A stretch of DNA of 64,000 nucleotides from Macrostomum lignano (taxonomy: Eukaryota), in contig NIVC01002709.1 in assembly GCA_002269645.1 (NCBI GenBank), positions 124,001 to 188,000 of the forward strand. The letters run 5' to 3'. A model generated the notes under the pieces. That model was given only the letters and a program-made list of their open reading frames with translations, did no database searches and had not been told where the DNA came from. The position numbers and the translations under genes are program-made. Below are positions 46,055 to 60,229 of this stretch, one piece after another. Numbering within the stretch: the first letter of the stretch is position 1; every line of letters begins with the position of its first letter.

Positions 46055-46400
46055 GAGGTGGGTGAAGGAGTGAGGTGGGTGATGGTAGTGAGGTGGGTGA
46101 AGGAGTGGGATGGGCGATGGTAGTGAGGTGGGTGATGTTAGTGAGGTGGGTGAAGGAGTGGGATGGGTGAAGGAGTGAGGTAGGTGATGGTATGAGGTTG
46201 GCGATGGAGTGGGATGGGAGAAGAAGTGAAGTGAGTGAACCAGTGAGGTGGGTGAAGGAGTGGGGTGGGTGAAGGAGTGGGTGGGTGAAGGAGTGGGGTG
46301 GGTGAAGGAGTGGGTGGGTGAAGGAGTGGGTGGGTGAAGAAGCTGGTGGGTGAAGGAGCGGGTGGGTGAAGGAGCAAGTGGGTGAAGGAGCGGGTGGGTG
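46055..46400. repeat. G-rich degenerate minisatellite (GGTGGGTGAAGGAGT)n
   Basis: Direct inspection. Confidence 0.9.
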
Positions 46401-46519
46401 AGAGAGTATGATTAAAGTAGGCCTAATGTTACCTAGGGGATAAGGTTGATTTACTAATTTTTCGACTGCATACAAAGCAAATCAGTTTAAAGAAGATCAG
46501 CCAAAACTAGTTTTTACTA

Positions 46520-47236
46520 AATACACAGATACATAGATACATAGATGCATAGATGCATAGGTACATAGATACATAGAAACATAGATGCATAGATAAATAT
46601 ATACATAGATACCTAGATGCATAGGTACATAGGTACATAGATACATAGATACATAGGTACATAGGTACATAGGTACATAGATACATACGTACATAGGTAC
46701 ATAGTTACATAGATATATAGATACATAGATACATAGATACATAGGTACATAGGTACATAGGTACATAGATACATAGATATATAGATACATAGATACATAG
46801 ATACATAGATACATAGGTACATTGGTACATAGGTACATAGATAAATAGATGCATAGATACATAGATCCATAGATACATAGGTACATAGGTACATAGGTAG
46901 GTACATAGGTACATAGGTACATATGTACATAGGTACATATGTACATAGGTACATATGTACATAGGTACATAGGTACATTGGGACATAGGTACATTGGTAC
47001 ATAGGTACATAAATACATAGGTACATAGGTACATAGGTACATAGGTACATAGATCCATAGATACATAGATATATAGATACATAGATACATAGATGCATAG
47101 GTACATAGGTACATTGGTACATAGGTACATAGGTACATAGATACATAGATGCATAGATACATAGATACATAGATACATAGATACATAGATACATAGGTAC
47201 ATAGGTACATAGGTACATAGGTACATAGGTACATAG
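46520..47236. repeat. 8-bp satellite (TACATAGG/TACATAGA)n
   Basis: Direct inspection. Confidence 0.98.
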
Positions 47237-48261
47237 GTCCGACTAGATAAGTAGGTTTTTTGAGACAATAAATTTTCAAGTCTTTTCATTCTTCGCATCC
47301 AGCATCATTTTCGAAATTAATATTCGCCTCTACTACTTGTAAAAGTAGCAGGTAGCAGTTAATCATTAAGAAATTATTAATTTTGTGTAAATAATCTTCA
47401 TTTCGAAATTGCATGCCCCAGCAAGTCAACGAATAATCGATGCACATGTGACTGAATAAACAATTAAACCTGTGTTTGGATGTGGCTTACAATGTTCAGA
47501 GTGGAAAGGTGGAAATTTTAGACGAGCATTTCATTCCAAGGATTTTTTATTTATTAATTTGTAAGAAATTCTGCTTAACGTAATCTATTTTTAGTAACAA
47601 AGCAGCTAAAAGCAGAAAACTAGTGGGACGCCAAGGTCTGTTAAATAAAGCTACTCAAATCACTTAAAGGGTTGTTTGTGATTCCTCTTGTCACGTTTTC
47701 AGTACGTGAATTCTAGGATCTGCTTCAGGAATAACTTTTCATCCACATGGCCGGGGTGAGAGGGAATATCAGGCAATCTCCTCCTCTGGCAAGCATGCTT
47801 TTGCTATTTTAGTAGCTAAATAGCTAACCCTCAGGAAAGCCTGCTTATAGATTTATACATGCCTTAGAAGAGAAAGTAAACTGGTTCCATTTGCTAGTGG
47901 TGCGCATAGCAACTTATTAATGTAATTATCTTAATTGAACTTAATTGATTTAATTAATATGTGTGTAAAAATACAAAATTAAATATAAAATTTTAAACAA
48001 TAGTTTTTAGCCAGGTGTATTAAATATATAAAGATAATTAACATTGGAACAATTGTATTGATAAAATGTATCAGTATGTAGCAGTGTTAAGTAATTATGA
48101 GGCGTGAAGGCAGCAGTTCCGAAGGTTTGTTTTTGTTTAGCAGTTTAGGTTTTGAGTGTAGTTAGGCTTGTTAGACTTGAGTACATATAGTGTCGGGTGG
48201 CTTTATTTAATTTCATAGAAAATTATAAATTTCGGAAATATTCGGAAAGCATGTGCTCAGC

Positions 48262-50862
48262 AGGAGGGAAACACAGAGAGGGGAGGCAGAGAGACACAGA
48301 GAGGGGAGGCAGAGAGACACAGAGAGGGGAGGCAGAGAGAAACAGAGAGGGGAGGCAGAGAGACACAGAGAGGGGAGGCAGAGAGACAGAGAGAGGGGAG
48401 GCAGAGAGACAGAGAGGGGAGGCAGAGAGACAGAGAGGGGAGGCAGAGAGAGAGAGGGGGAAACAGAGAGACAGAGAGGGGAGGCAGAGAGACACAGAGA
48501 GGGGAGGCAGAGAGACACAGAGAGGGGAGGCAGAGAGAGACAGAGAGGGGAGGCAGAAAGACACAGAGAGGGGAGGCAGAGAAAGACAGACACAGAGAGG
48601 AGAGGCAGAGAGAGAGAGAGAGAGAGAGACAGAGAGGGGAGGCAGAGAGACACAGAGAGGTGAGGCAGAGAGACACAGAGAGGAGAGGCAGAGAGAGAGA
48701 GAGACACAGAGAGGGGAGGCAGAGAGACACAGAGAGGGGAAGCAGAGAGACACACAGAGAGGGGAGGCAGAGAGACACAGAGAGGGGAGGCAGAGAGACA
48801 CAGAGAGGAGAGGCAGAGAGAGAGAGAGACACAGAGAGGGGAGGCAGAGAGACACAGAGAGGAGAGGCAGAGAGAGAGAGACACAGAGAGGGGAGGCAGA
48901 GAGACACAGAGAGGGGAGGCAGAGAGACATAGAGAGGGGAGGCAGAGAGACACAGAGAGGGGAGGCAGAGAGATACAGAGAGGGGAGGCAGAGAGACACA
49001 GAGAGGGGAGGCAGAGAGACACAGAGAGGGGAGGCAGAGAGACACAGAGAGGGGAGGCAGAGAGACATAGAGAGGGGAGGCAGAGAGACATAGAGAGGGG
49101 AGGCAGAGAGACACAGAGAGGGGAGGCAGAGAGACACAGAGAGGGGAGGCAGACAGACACAGAGAGAGGCAGAGAGACACAGAGAGGTGAGGCAGAGAGA
49201 CACAGAGAGGAGAGGCAGAGAGAGAGAGAGACACAGAGAGGGGAGGCAGAGAGACACAGAGAGGGGAAGCAGAGAGACACACAGAGAGGGGAGGCAGAGA
49301 GACACAGAGAGGGGAGGCAGAGAGACACAGAGAGGAGAGGCAGAGAGAGAGAGACACAGAGAGTGAAGAGTTGATTCGGGAGGTGATCAGTCTCTCGAAA
49401 ACTCCCACTTCCAGACACTTAAGCCTGGGAACAAAATAAAGTGATCACTTACTGTTGCGGGCTCCTCTTCTGTGGAGTGCAGGTTCTCCGAGCTCGTTTC
49501 TTCTAATCTTCTTCTTCTGTGTAGTGCAGGTTCTCCGAGCTCGTTTCTTCTAATCTTCTTCTTCTCCGGAGGAATCTTCTTGAAGTCTCGAATCGGCCGA
49601 ATGAGAGCGTGACGATCAAATCAGGCGACGTCGCAGTATTTCTCGAATGCAAATCAATATAGGCCTTACGCTCAGTAATCAATATCAACGATGCGCCCTT
49701 GTAATAAAATCAACTTTCTGTAATAATCACGAGGACCTCCAAGAGGGGCGTCTTCTTCTAGATCTAACGGAATCGGAGTCGTGTGCTCCTATCGGTTAAT
49801 CTAGGATAACCAAAATCAATCAATCGATAATCCTCTAAGGGTATCGGAATCGGTCCGCAGATCCTATCCAATCCCTTAGGAAAATGGGAGGCCTCAAATT
49901 CAATGAACTCAGTCCAAACGACTGGACAGTAGCGGCCGGCAATAAATCGCTCTCAAAATCAATAACAAAGGCTCGAGCAACGGCTCACCAATTGGTTTAT
50001 CTCTCTCTCTCTCAGAGATGTAGCCTCGCTTAGCTGTTCCAGCAAGCTCCAAGATCTTTAGAGGCTGCTCCGAGTCCCAAGATCTTTTGAGGCTGCTCCG
50101 AGTCTGAGATTTTTAGCTCGGATTTTGGCTTGTATTTATAGGAAAAATTCTTGAGAAACAGCTTATTTTTAGTAGGTGACAGTTTAGCGCTTTGGAAATT
50201 TGGCCCCTATGGAATACATTAGGTTTGAGCGTCAATACCATATTCGGAGTTCTAAATTTAAGTGTTGCAAAAGATGGTCATTTGTTGCTTTCGTGGTCTT
50301 TAAAAATAGAGTGTGACAATTTGCAGTTTTTACATCATTCAAGTTTTTCGCATTTTTATGTTACTACTTACAGTAGTCTGCTTGTAATGCCTCTGGAGAT
50401 CTCTACAAGAGGGGAGGCAGAGAGACACAGAGAGGAGAGGCAGAGAGACATAGAGAGGGGAGGCAGAGAGACACAGAGAGGGGAGGCAGAGAGATGCAGA
50501 GAGGGGAGGCAGAGAGACACAGAGAGGGGAGGCAGAGAGACACAGAGAGGGGAGGCAGAGAGACACAGAGAGGGGAGGCAGAGAGACATAGAGAGGGGAG
50601 GCAGAGAGACATAGAGAGGGGAGGCAGAGAGACACAGAGAGGGGAGGCAGAGAGACACAGAGAGGGGAGGCAGACAGACACAGAGAGGAGAGGCAGAGAG
50701 ACACAGAGAGGGGAGGCAGACAGACACAGAGAGGAGAGGCAGAGAGAGAGAGAGAGACACAGAGAGGGGAGGCAGAGAGACACAGAGAGGAGAGGCAGAG
50801 AGAGAGAGACACAGAGAGGGGAGGCAGAGAGACACAGAGAGGGGAAGCAGAGAGGAAGACAC
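48262..50862. repeat. ~23-bp purine-rich satellite (GGCAGAGAGACACAGAGAGGGGA)n split by a solo LTR
   Basis: Arrays at 48262-49363 and 50408-50862. Confidence 0.97.
49364..50407 (-). mobile_element. Solo LTR (1044 bp)
   Basis: Ends TGAAGAG...CTCTACA (6/7 inverted), flanked by AGAG on both sides. TATA-like CTATAAATAC on the minus strand near 50135. Confidence 0.7.
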
Positions 50863-51759
50863 GGTTAAATTGCCTTATATAGAAAGTGTTGTTTACACGG
50901 AAATTTCTAGAAGGCTGGATACGATAACAGTCCCCCCACGCCGGGGTTGGAGTCCTGACGGAGTAAGGGAGAAGTATCTACTTTACATTTACAGAGATGG
51001 ACCTTGATACAATCGCCTGCTAGTACTGGGTGATACATATACTTCAGGTAGCGACATGTAGGTGTGGTGCTGTCACAAATGTTCAGGTTACAATGCTACC
51101 AGAATTTCTATTATTGAATCAATAATTTCGGAAACAATCAGGTACTTGTGTATTTTTAGTAATCGACAAGCTATAAACTAAGGACAGAAAATCGGTCAGG
51201 AAGTCACATGTTTACCTCACATATATACACTCATGATTTGTCTGTGGCGTTTCCAACTATATATGGCATTCACCGCTGGCATGCGATGAGCCGCGCCGAA
51301 GGTAAACAAGCCGTGTTTAGCATTACTGCAGCCTTCGGCTCGCTGCCATAAATAGGTGCCAATCTTTCTAAAAAAAGGGATCGAGTGGAATTTAAATGAG
51401 GTAAAATTATAAATGTATCGCCAACACGACAATCATTGAAATTAATTGAAATTGAAGCCCGGACCGTATTGTGTACTGCGTGAAACTATGCAAAATGCAC
51501 AGAAGTGTTCTGTGTCTCCATGCGCTCGAATAGAAACAAACTTTTTATTGAAATTCAAGAGAAAAACAAGAGAAAAGCTGAGTAACTATACAAAAGATAA
51601 TTGTTTAAAAACAATTCACTGCACTTTTTGCGATCCTTGATTGAGTTAAAGAATAACATATATGACAAAGCAATAACGTTTCTGTGAAACATGGCAGCAG
51701 AAAACCCAGTGTCAAAGCAAAGATAATAATAATAATTTGACTACACCTTTCTTAACGTG

Positions 51760-53998
51760 TGTAGCGAGTGAATCAAAACGCAGTGGAATTTGTTTTGTGG
51801 AAGTGAGATAGAACGGTTGTAAACCCTTGACGGGCTCTAACTTCGGCTTTATTCGATTTTAGAGACAGTAACGAGAACAGCTTAAGAATATCGTCTAGGG
51901 CCAAAAGGGACTCGCTGCTAGCTGATTAATGCTTCTCACTGCTACAAGATACTCCCCCTCCTAGATGAAGTACATCACTATGCATTATCTAATCGGAGAC
52001 AAAAAGTTCGAACAGCGCAGGGGAACGAGTAGGTAAGCAATGCAGATGTCATAGGTTGATCAGTTTATGAACACTGTTCAGGTATTGCTAGGTGGACTGT
52101 CCTTCTGGAAAACTTGCACGGAGGTCTCGCTCTTGAATCGCACGCGATTTGCGCTGCGCGACCTTGTGTTAGAGGCGGGAGCGTCGCTTGGCGGGGCCGG
52201 TGTAGCTGCTGGCTGCTCTAGTTGGGCTATTGGTAGGGTGGCGGGCTTGACACGATCGATCGACACTACGGTAGGCTTGCCGTTGATCTTGAGTGTCATT
52301 GTGGTGTCGTGCCTGTCCAGTACGGCGTACGGGCCTTGGTAAGGAGCCTCCAGGGGTCGTCGCACCCGGTCCAACCGCAACCAGACGTGTGTGCACGAAC
52401 TCAGCGCGGCTGGCAGATGCACGGCTATCTCGCGCGTTCTCAGCTGCCGGTATGGGAAGAAAAGCTGATGTAGGCTAGTCGAGAGCTCCTTGAGCGCAGA
52501 AGTGTCGATGACGACTGGTGGGACCAGCGGTTGCTCACCCGTAACAACGGAGAACGACGGGCAGCTGCTGCAGCCAGTTCTTGCCGCGCGCCTTCAAACC
52601 GAGCTTCAGCGTCCGGTGTGCACGTTCGATGACACCGTTTGCTCTCGGATTATAGGCTGAAGTGCGGATGTGGTGGATGCCGAGTAGGTCCGTCAAGTTT
52701 CTTATGAGCTCCGCTCGGAATTGGGATCCCTGGTCACTGATCAGCGTCAAAGGTGGGCCTTTGCGTCAAAGGCGTCAAAGGTGGGCATCCGCAGGTATTC
52801 GAACGAGCCGAACGGGGTACAAATCGCCGTCTTCTCGATGTCCTCATCTGCCATCGGAACGAAGTGATAGGCCTTGACGAGGTCAAGAGTGCTGAAAACT
52901 TTCGCACCGTGCAGCTGATGATGGAAATGGTTGATATTAGGGATAGGGTAGCGGTCTGGCTTGGTTGCCGCGTTTAAGGCTCGATAGTCTCCGCAAGGTC
53001 TCCAGGAGCCGTCCTTTTTCTTCACCATGTGAAGCGGGGAGGCCGACAGACTGGCGGAGGGGCGGACGATGCCAAGGCGCAGTGAGCTTGTCGAACTCCG
53101 CTTTTGCAACCGCGAACTTGGCAGGGGCAAGCGGTCGCGGTCGACAAAAAATGCGCTCGCCAGTGGTCTCAAAACGATGCCGAACCGACGTGGCGGGTGC
53201 TGCGGTGTAGTCCGGAGCTTCCAGAACTCGAGGGAACCGAGCAAGCGGTGTGGTGGGCTCAAGCAGCGTGTTGGCGTTGATTTGAGGGACTGAATCACTA
53301 GAAGAACAGAGAGTCGCACGCAAAGATGTCACAGGGTCTTGAATGCGCCGTGAATTCAGGTCAATTAGGAGACCGAGCTTGAGGAAGAAATCTGCACCGA
53401 GGATTGGCGCAGTACTAGTAACAATGAACGTCGCAAGGGTATAGTCTAGGTTCGGATTTTGCCGCCTTCGACGCCACAAAGCTTGACATAAGTGGGTACG
53501 AGTAGATTTTGAGGAACAAACTGCAAAGGAAGGAGCGACCGTTCGGCGCCGGTGTCAACGATGAACGAAACGGGCGCACGGAGAACTTGGCAACGAAGCA
53601 GCAACGTGGTGGCCTTTGACGGGTCGCGGCTCGGCCGAGGCACATGACCGACTATTTTGACGCCTGGCTTGGCGTCGGGCTGGACGCCCGGGACTGAACC
53701 GGAGTGGGCTGACGGCTGGCCAGCAGTGTCGGCGGTTTCGAGCCTGGCCACTGGCACCATGGTCGACAGGTGCGAGCATCGGCAGCGTAGTAGAGATGAC
53801 CGTTGCAGATCTTGGGTCGTCGGCGTGAGTTCCGGTTGGAGCACGAGTCGTCGGGCTTCCTGTTACGAAAAGAACCAGCGTTGCCTCTCAGGTGCTCTTG
53901 GCCGGTGGCCGAGGTGCGGTTTACAGAGGCGAACGGGGTGGCGCAACCGGCGACAGCCAGCATGCTGTCGGCGATCTTTGCAAACCACTTTGCAGACC
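51760..53998 (-). mobile_element. Internally deleted Gypsy element (Gag end, PR, half RT fused to IN, PPT, 3' LTR)
   Basis: FIVDTGAERS; [23 protein letters not shown]...TPFG; ISDQGSQF...NGVIERAHRTLK; GPY.V. PPT at 51952-51959. LTR 51760-51946 has TGTAGC...GCTACA. Confidence 0.92.
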
Positions 53999-54175
53999 AC
54001 CGCCACACACCCTCAATTACCCCAGCTAATGCTGGCACCCATTTTACAGCTTGGTGAACTGAAGCAATGCAGAGTTGAATTGAGTGTCTTCCTCAAGGAC
54101 AGAATTGTTCCGAATGGGACGAGAATCGAACCTCTGATCTTTCAGTCGTGAATCCGACGCTCTAACCACTATAAC
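53998..54175 (-). mobile_element. tRNA-derived SINE (paralog of 36040-36250)
   Basis: Shared TTACCCCAGCTAATGCTGGCACCCATTTTACAGCT core and box B. Confidence 0.8.
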
Positions 54176-54182
54176 CCACTAT

Positions 54183-54780
54183 AAATTAATGAATAATTAA
54201 TAAATTTTAACATTCCAAAAGTCTGAATATTAAACAAATTTTAACATTTCAAGTCAGAATAATTAACAAATTTTAACATTTCAACTCTGAATAATTAACA
54301 AATTTTAACATTTAAAGTCTAAATAATTAATAAATTTTAACATTCCAAAAGTCTGAATAATTAACAAATTTTAACATTTAAAGTCTGAATAATTAACAAA
54401 TTTTAACATTTCAAGTCTAAATAATTAATAAATTTTAACATTCCAAAAGTCTGAATAATTAACAAATTTTAACATTTAAAGTCTGAATAATTAACAAATT
54501 TAAACATTTCAAGTCTGAATAATTAACAGATTTTAACATTTAAAGTCTAAATAATTAATAAATTTTAACATTCAAAAAGTCTGAATAATTAACAAATTTT
54601 AACATTTAAAGTCTGAATAATTAACAAATTTAAACATTTCAAGTCTGAATAATTAACAGATTTTAACATTTAAAGTCTAAATAATTAATAAATTTTAACA
54701 TTCAAAAAGTCTGAATAATTAACAAATTTTAACATTTCAGGTCTGAATAATTAACAAATTTTAACATTTCAAGTCTGAAT
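54183..54780. repeat. AT-rich ~29-bp satellite (GTCTGAATAATTAACAAATTTTAACATTT..)n
   Basis: About 20 copies, absent from the first duplication unit. Confidence 0.95.
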
Positions 54781-55169
54781 ACGAGCGTACTTAACAACAT
54801 CTTGTACCTTTAACAGAGACCTCTTCGCAAAATGAGAAACAGATCCATGTAAATATCAGCTTCTCCTCCTGCAACACGGCAACGAGTGAAATTTTCAAGT
54901 ATGAGCTGAATATTAAAAAAATTATCAAAAATTACAAGCCATATTGATTTGCTGAGCGCGTTAAATGAATCTGGATAAGACAAGAACGAGAATTCATCTG
55001 TTAGTTAGTGTCAAATATCAGTACGGGAAAAGCTCACAAAAAACTGCATCGCAAGCCATACACCGCCTCCTCAGAAGCCATCGGATGCCTCACGGACCGC
55101 GTGCCGCTCTCCTCTGCTCACAGCACAGTAGTAAACCGACTGGAAGGAATAAAAGTGTTGCTGAGTTAT

Positions 55170-58100
55170 TCTCACATGAAATGCCTGCTTGATACAAGCT
55201 GAGTCTCACGTTGGGGTCGGGCGGCTTGGCAGCAGCCAGCAACTCCACGGCCGCACCCTGGCTGGCAGCGGCGGCTGCCGCGGCAATCGCTGCGCCGTCC
55301 ACTGCGCCCGCTACCAGAGCTGCCTGTAGCGCACGCTGAAGGACAATGTGTACTTTGTGAGCAGTGATCGAACCCTGTGAGCATTCTCACACAAACTAAA
55401 ACTTGAATGCTCACGAAACACGGCTCGAAAAGTCCTCGAGCTCTTCACCGGTGAGAACACAGCGCCGAGACCGGGAAAGCTCTGGCTGATCAGACACGTC
55501 ACAGTGACCTCATCCTGTCGCTCAAAGAACTGGTGAGTCAGTCGAGCTCTCCGAATCCAGCCTCCGTGGCTGCCTCTGAGATCGGGCTCAGGAGTGAGCT
55601 GCTCAGTAACATCGAAGGTCAAGTAGAGGGCCGTGAGTTATGACATTGAGAATGCATGTACAGCAATGATGGACAGCAGCTTTGGTAGCCGCAAACATGA
55701 ACTCACAGTGAGTCCTTCAATGCTGACTGTGTCGGACTTGATCGAGCAGTGCAGCTCGGGCCTCGGGTTTCCCTCCTGTGTCTGTCCCAGCAGACTCAGC
55801 TCAGAGCCGTTCAGCAGCTGGCCAGTCCAACCGATGCTGTTCGAAGGAACTGCAAGACAGTGCAATGACAGTTTTGCCATCCATTTTAGTAAGTTACGTC
55901 GGGCTTCAACCTGTAGCTAGTGCGTGCTTTCTGCTAGAAGTTCGAGAGGTTCCTTCCTACTCACAGAACACAGTAATGTTTTGTACGAAATGTTACTCAT
56001 TATCTCGCTTATCTATCACGACTCCGCACATCGCAAACAGCGTAGCGGGTCAGGGTTCCCGATACCATAATCTTTGGTCCCATTTAAGTACGAGCTAACA
56101 ACAGCCACCATTGCCACAGCATCAATTAAAGGCTTAAAATTCAAAACGGGAATAAATCATTGTGTTCAGAGCTCGGTGCAGGTCTCAGTCATTGGTTCCA
56201 TGAGTTGAATGCTCAATAAGGATAAGGATAAAGATTCGTTTTTGACCCAACGCGAAAAGTTATATCATTGATGCATAATTCATTTCTGTCGACTGACAGT
56301 CCATGCCTCTAAACAGCTGATAAATAATTTATAAATCAACAATGAAATAGAACAAAGTGTAATTCACAAGTACGTTCCAATTGACCTGCAACAGGCTCAG
56401 CAGGTAATTACTTACTTATTGTAACAAGTATGAAGCTGAATACTCACAATAGACAGTAACGTTCTGTGTGAATCTGCCATCCAGATCTTCGAGGCCATGC
56501 TGAGAGACCCTGCACTCCAATGACCTTCCGTTCATCTGCCTTGTGGAACTCAAGCTGAACTCAGATTCCACCAGCGTCTCAACGCCTAGATTTTGAGCCT
56601 CGGGGTTGTTCTGGGCCCTGGTCATGCTGGTGCTGAGACCCTCGGCTGTCCGCAGCCAGCACCGGTGACTCGGCTCAGGGTTGCCACCGACTGACCGAAC
56701 TGAGACTGACACGGGCTCGCCCTCCATCATCACCAGAGGCTGAGTTGCATTCCATGAGCTGTTTGACGCGTCTGTTTTCGTGCAGGTGCGAGCATGGATG
56801 GTTAATTGTCTCAGCAATCTGAGTTGCTGATGGATCAGAGATGCTGAACTGCAATCCACTCACATGACACATCGAGTTGCTCACTGCTGACAGACTGATT
56901 GAATACAAGTGTGCCGTCTGCATGAGTCTGAGCGACCTGGCAGATGACTCTCATCTGGTTGTGGCTGGCCGATGCATTGAGTCGCCACACTGATGAAGCA
57001 TTTGACTCAGATGGCAGCTGAGTCAACAGAGTCAGTAATTTATAAATTTATACATAATTTTTGCATTGACAATTCACAGTGAGTAACTCACTCTGAGCTG
57101 TTTCAGATTGGCTCCACCGATTGAGCAGAAGTGCTGAGCAGGCGGATTTCCTGTTTCCAGCGTCTGCAGGGTGACTTGAGCTTCTATTCCACTGCGGATT
57201 CGTCCAGGAGGCAGCTTGATTGACAGGCCGGAGCTGCGGTCTGAAATGCAGTTCGGTATGGCAGTCAGGTGAGCTGCATTGGATCTAACTGGTGAACTGG
57301 TTCCGCATTGGATCTAACTGGTGAACTGGTTCCGCATTGGATCTAACTGGTGAACTGGTTCCGCATTGGATCTAACTGGTGAACTGGTTCCGCATTGGAT
57401 CTAACTGGTGAACTGGTTCCGCATTGGATCTAACTGGTGAACTGGTTCCGCATTGGATCTAACTGGTGAACTGGTTCCGCATTGGATCTAACTGGTGAAC
57501 TGGTTCTGCATTGGATCTAACTGTTGAACTGGAGAACATGCATCCAAGAACAAGCAGAAGTACATGGACACTTACACAGAACTGCAGGCAGCTCGCGACG
57601 AGCCGTTACATCGAACAGTCCTGACTGGTTCACCCGACACAAAATTGATGCTGAGCTTCCCCAGCTCCTGCTCACAGTCACTGAGAATGTGCTGCTTGAG
57701 TTCGTGCTCTGAAAAGAGTCAGTTTTCACAGATAATTGTCAGATCATTGTTGCCATGCACCCAATACACAGGTGCAACCATGGGCCAGTGTGAGACTCAC
57801 TGACAGCAGCTGAAGCGCTGTGTTTCCATTTCGCTGTGACTGCACAGAGCAGCTGTGGCTGACTGGCATCCAGTAGCAACCCGGTGTGTCAGCTGTCAGA
57901 TTGACGGCTGCTCCGTCTGTCCAGCTGGTGTTTGCGGGGAGCAGAAAGTGAGTGGTGCAGGGCTCTGGAAGGGTTTGAGTAGTGAGTGGTGCAGGGCTCT
58001 GGAAGGGTTTGAGTAGTGAGTGGTGCAGGGCTCCGGAAGGGTTTGAGTAGTAAGTGGTACATGGCTCTGGAAGAGTTTGAGTAGTGAGTGGTGCAGGGCT

Positions 58101-59240
58101 GTAAGCCTGGGTTTGTAAGCCTGACTCACTGGCTGACTGCACACCCAGTGTGTGCGAAGTGCCAATCGCAGTCCCACCGCTGCAGCTGTGTCGGCACTTC
58201 AAAGCCGCCCCGTGCATTTCCATTCGCACTGTAAAAGTTCTCAGAATCAGAGAGCTGGCCGAGACCGCCCTCTGCAATGCGAACGCCCACCGGTGCTGTT
58301 AATTCCCATATCTGGTGCAAGCTCAAGTATTTATCTCAATCGAACTCTTACCGAACTCAACTCCAAGAGGTCACTGCCTTTCCGCATTCTGATGCTGCAG
58401 TTTGATGCAACAGGTGCTTTGCAGTTTCCTGGCAGCCGAGCTCGAATCATCACTTTCTCATTGAGCTTGAGCTGAGACAAGTCTTCCACAAAGCATCCCC
58501 TGGGTTGTTCTTTACAGAAGTCAGCTGGAGAGCAGCCAGAGCTGCTGTCTCTGTTACGCTGAAAGCAGTCTCTTTTCTCAATTTCAAGCAGCACAAAGTT
58601 CATCATCTTGTCAGTCTGATTGGCCACGAACTTCCTCAGCAGCACATACTGCGCCATCTGCAATGCGATGCTGCAACACTGCGAATTCCAATATTGAAAG
58701 AGTTGCAGCAACTGGGTGACAAACCTTGCCATCGGCCTCAGCTGAGCAGGTCACTTCATGCACCGACTGCGACCTGAGTGAGCTGCTGCTGTCATTTCTG
58801 GTGAAGCCGCAGTGTTGGAATCCGGACAGACTGTGACTGAAGTTGGCAGCAGTGCAGTTGGGTGCATCCTCATCCAGACCGGCTGGCTTCTCCTCACTGA
58901 GCAGCACTTCGATGCCCATGGCTCTGTGGCTCACTGAGAAAAGTTTAGTGAGCAAAATCTGATTTCAAAATATCGTTCAGATTGATACTGAAATGTGAAG
59001 GGAGGACTCACCCTCCTGTCTCCCATAGACAGTGATGGAGCGCACTGGGACACTTCGGGTCAGCTTCAGCAGCAGCCACTGGTAGCCGGAGGGGTCCGGA
59101 GTGTCGCTGGTAAGAAAATAGGCCCACTGCCCCGGCTTGTCCATTGATCTGATGAAGCAGTCGCATTCTGGGTGATTGTAGACAGACGATTGCCAGGCAT
59201 TGGCGATCTCAGCTCTGGAGACCTTGATGGCACAGCCTGT
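55170..59240 (-). CDS. Multi-exon host gene, copy D: lectin + Ig domains, TM segment deleted and frameshifted
   Basis: Collinear with copy C, a few percent diverged. The 3' exon lacks the VLLTVVISCLVAAAV-encoding segment. Confidence 0.72.
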
Positions 59241-60229
59241 GGATGTGGAGGTTCAACAACTTCGAAATATGACCTGTTATGAGACCATTGTGCGTTGTTT
59301 ACGCTTTTGTCACAGTCAGCCAATTAGATAGAACTGCACGTAAGTCAACTACAACTCCATGGACATTTGCTCCATGGACAGCTAAAGTAGAAGAAAGTTT
59401 TCAGTGTTTTTTTAACTTCTGAACTTCTGGATTCAAAATCCAGCAAGTATGCCTTGTGTCCGAGGTACGCTCACCAGTTTACCAGTACGATTTCACTGGA
59501 ACTGCTACCGGAGACCGGCAGATAAACACACAGTTTCAGTGAACGAAATCTCAGCTGTTTCTGGTTGTAGTGTGCAAATTCTCCCCACAGAATTTTCCAA
59601 TGGCGAAACCTCATCCAGAGCTTAGTTCTCAAAAACTGAAAACTTTCAATCCCACTAATCAGCATCAGCAAAAATAATTGAATTCTTTAAGGAGAAACAG
59701 TCGTAGTCACTTACTGTTACTTATACAGTACGAAATGATTGCAAGGCACAGAAGTTCCTTCATGTGGACAGTCATATCGCAGAGCTGTACTTTGTAAAAT
59801 AACAATTTTACATATAAGCTGCTGCTAGCAACAGCTGTGGTATCGCTGGGCCTCCCAACCTTAGTCGAGCCGATGTTTATAGGAAAGCGGCAGGGCTGCG
59901 TGTGGAGGCGGAAATGCAGCCGCAGCCCATAGGCTGGAAGAAGATTGGCTGGCTCTGGCTGGCTGCAAAACAGGCAAGCGAGGTGCGAGATTGGAGGCCA
60001 ATGAGGCTGGCGAAGATGGCGGAATCAGCAGCTTCTCTCAGCAGTGAGGGGCTTGAAGAAATGTGAGTACAGAAGATCCTCATTCATTTTCTGCCTGCCT
60101 GGGGGGTCTTTCTCAAAAGCAACTTATGATCGGCCATAGACGTAAGTTGGGGAGGAAGTGCCTGTGCTATAGAATCAAGAGTAATTTTAAGAGCTAGGAG
60201 GCTCCTTTAAGGAGACCATTTTAGGAGAC

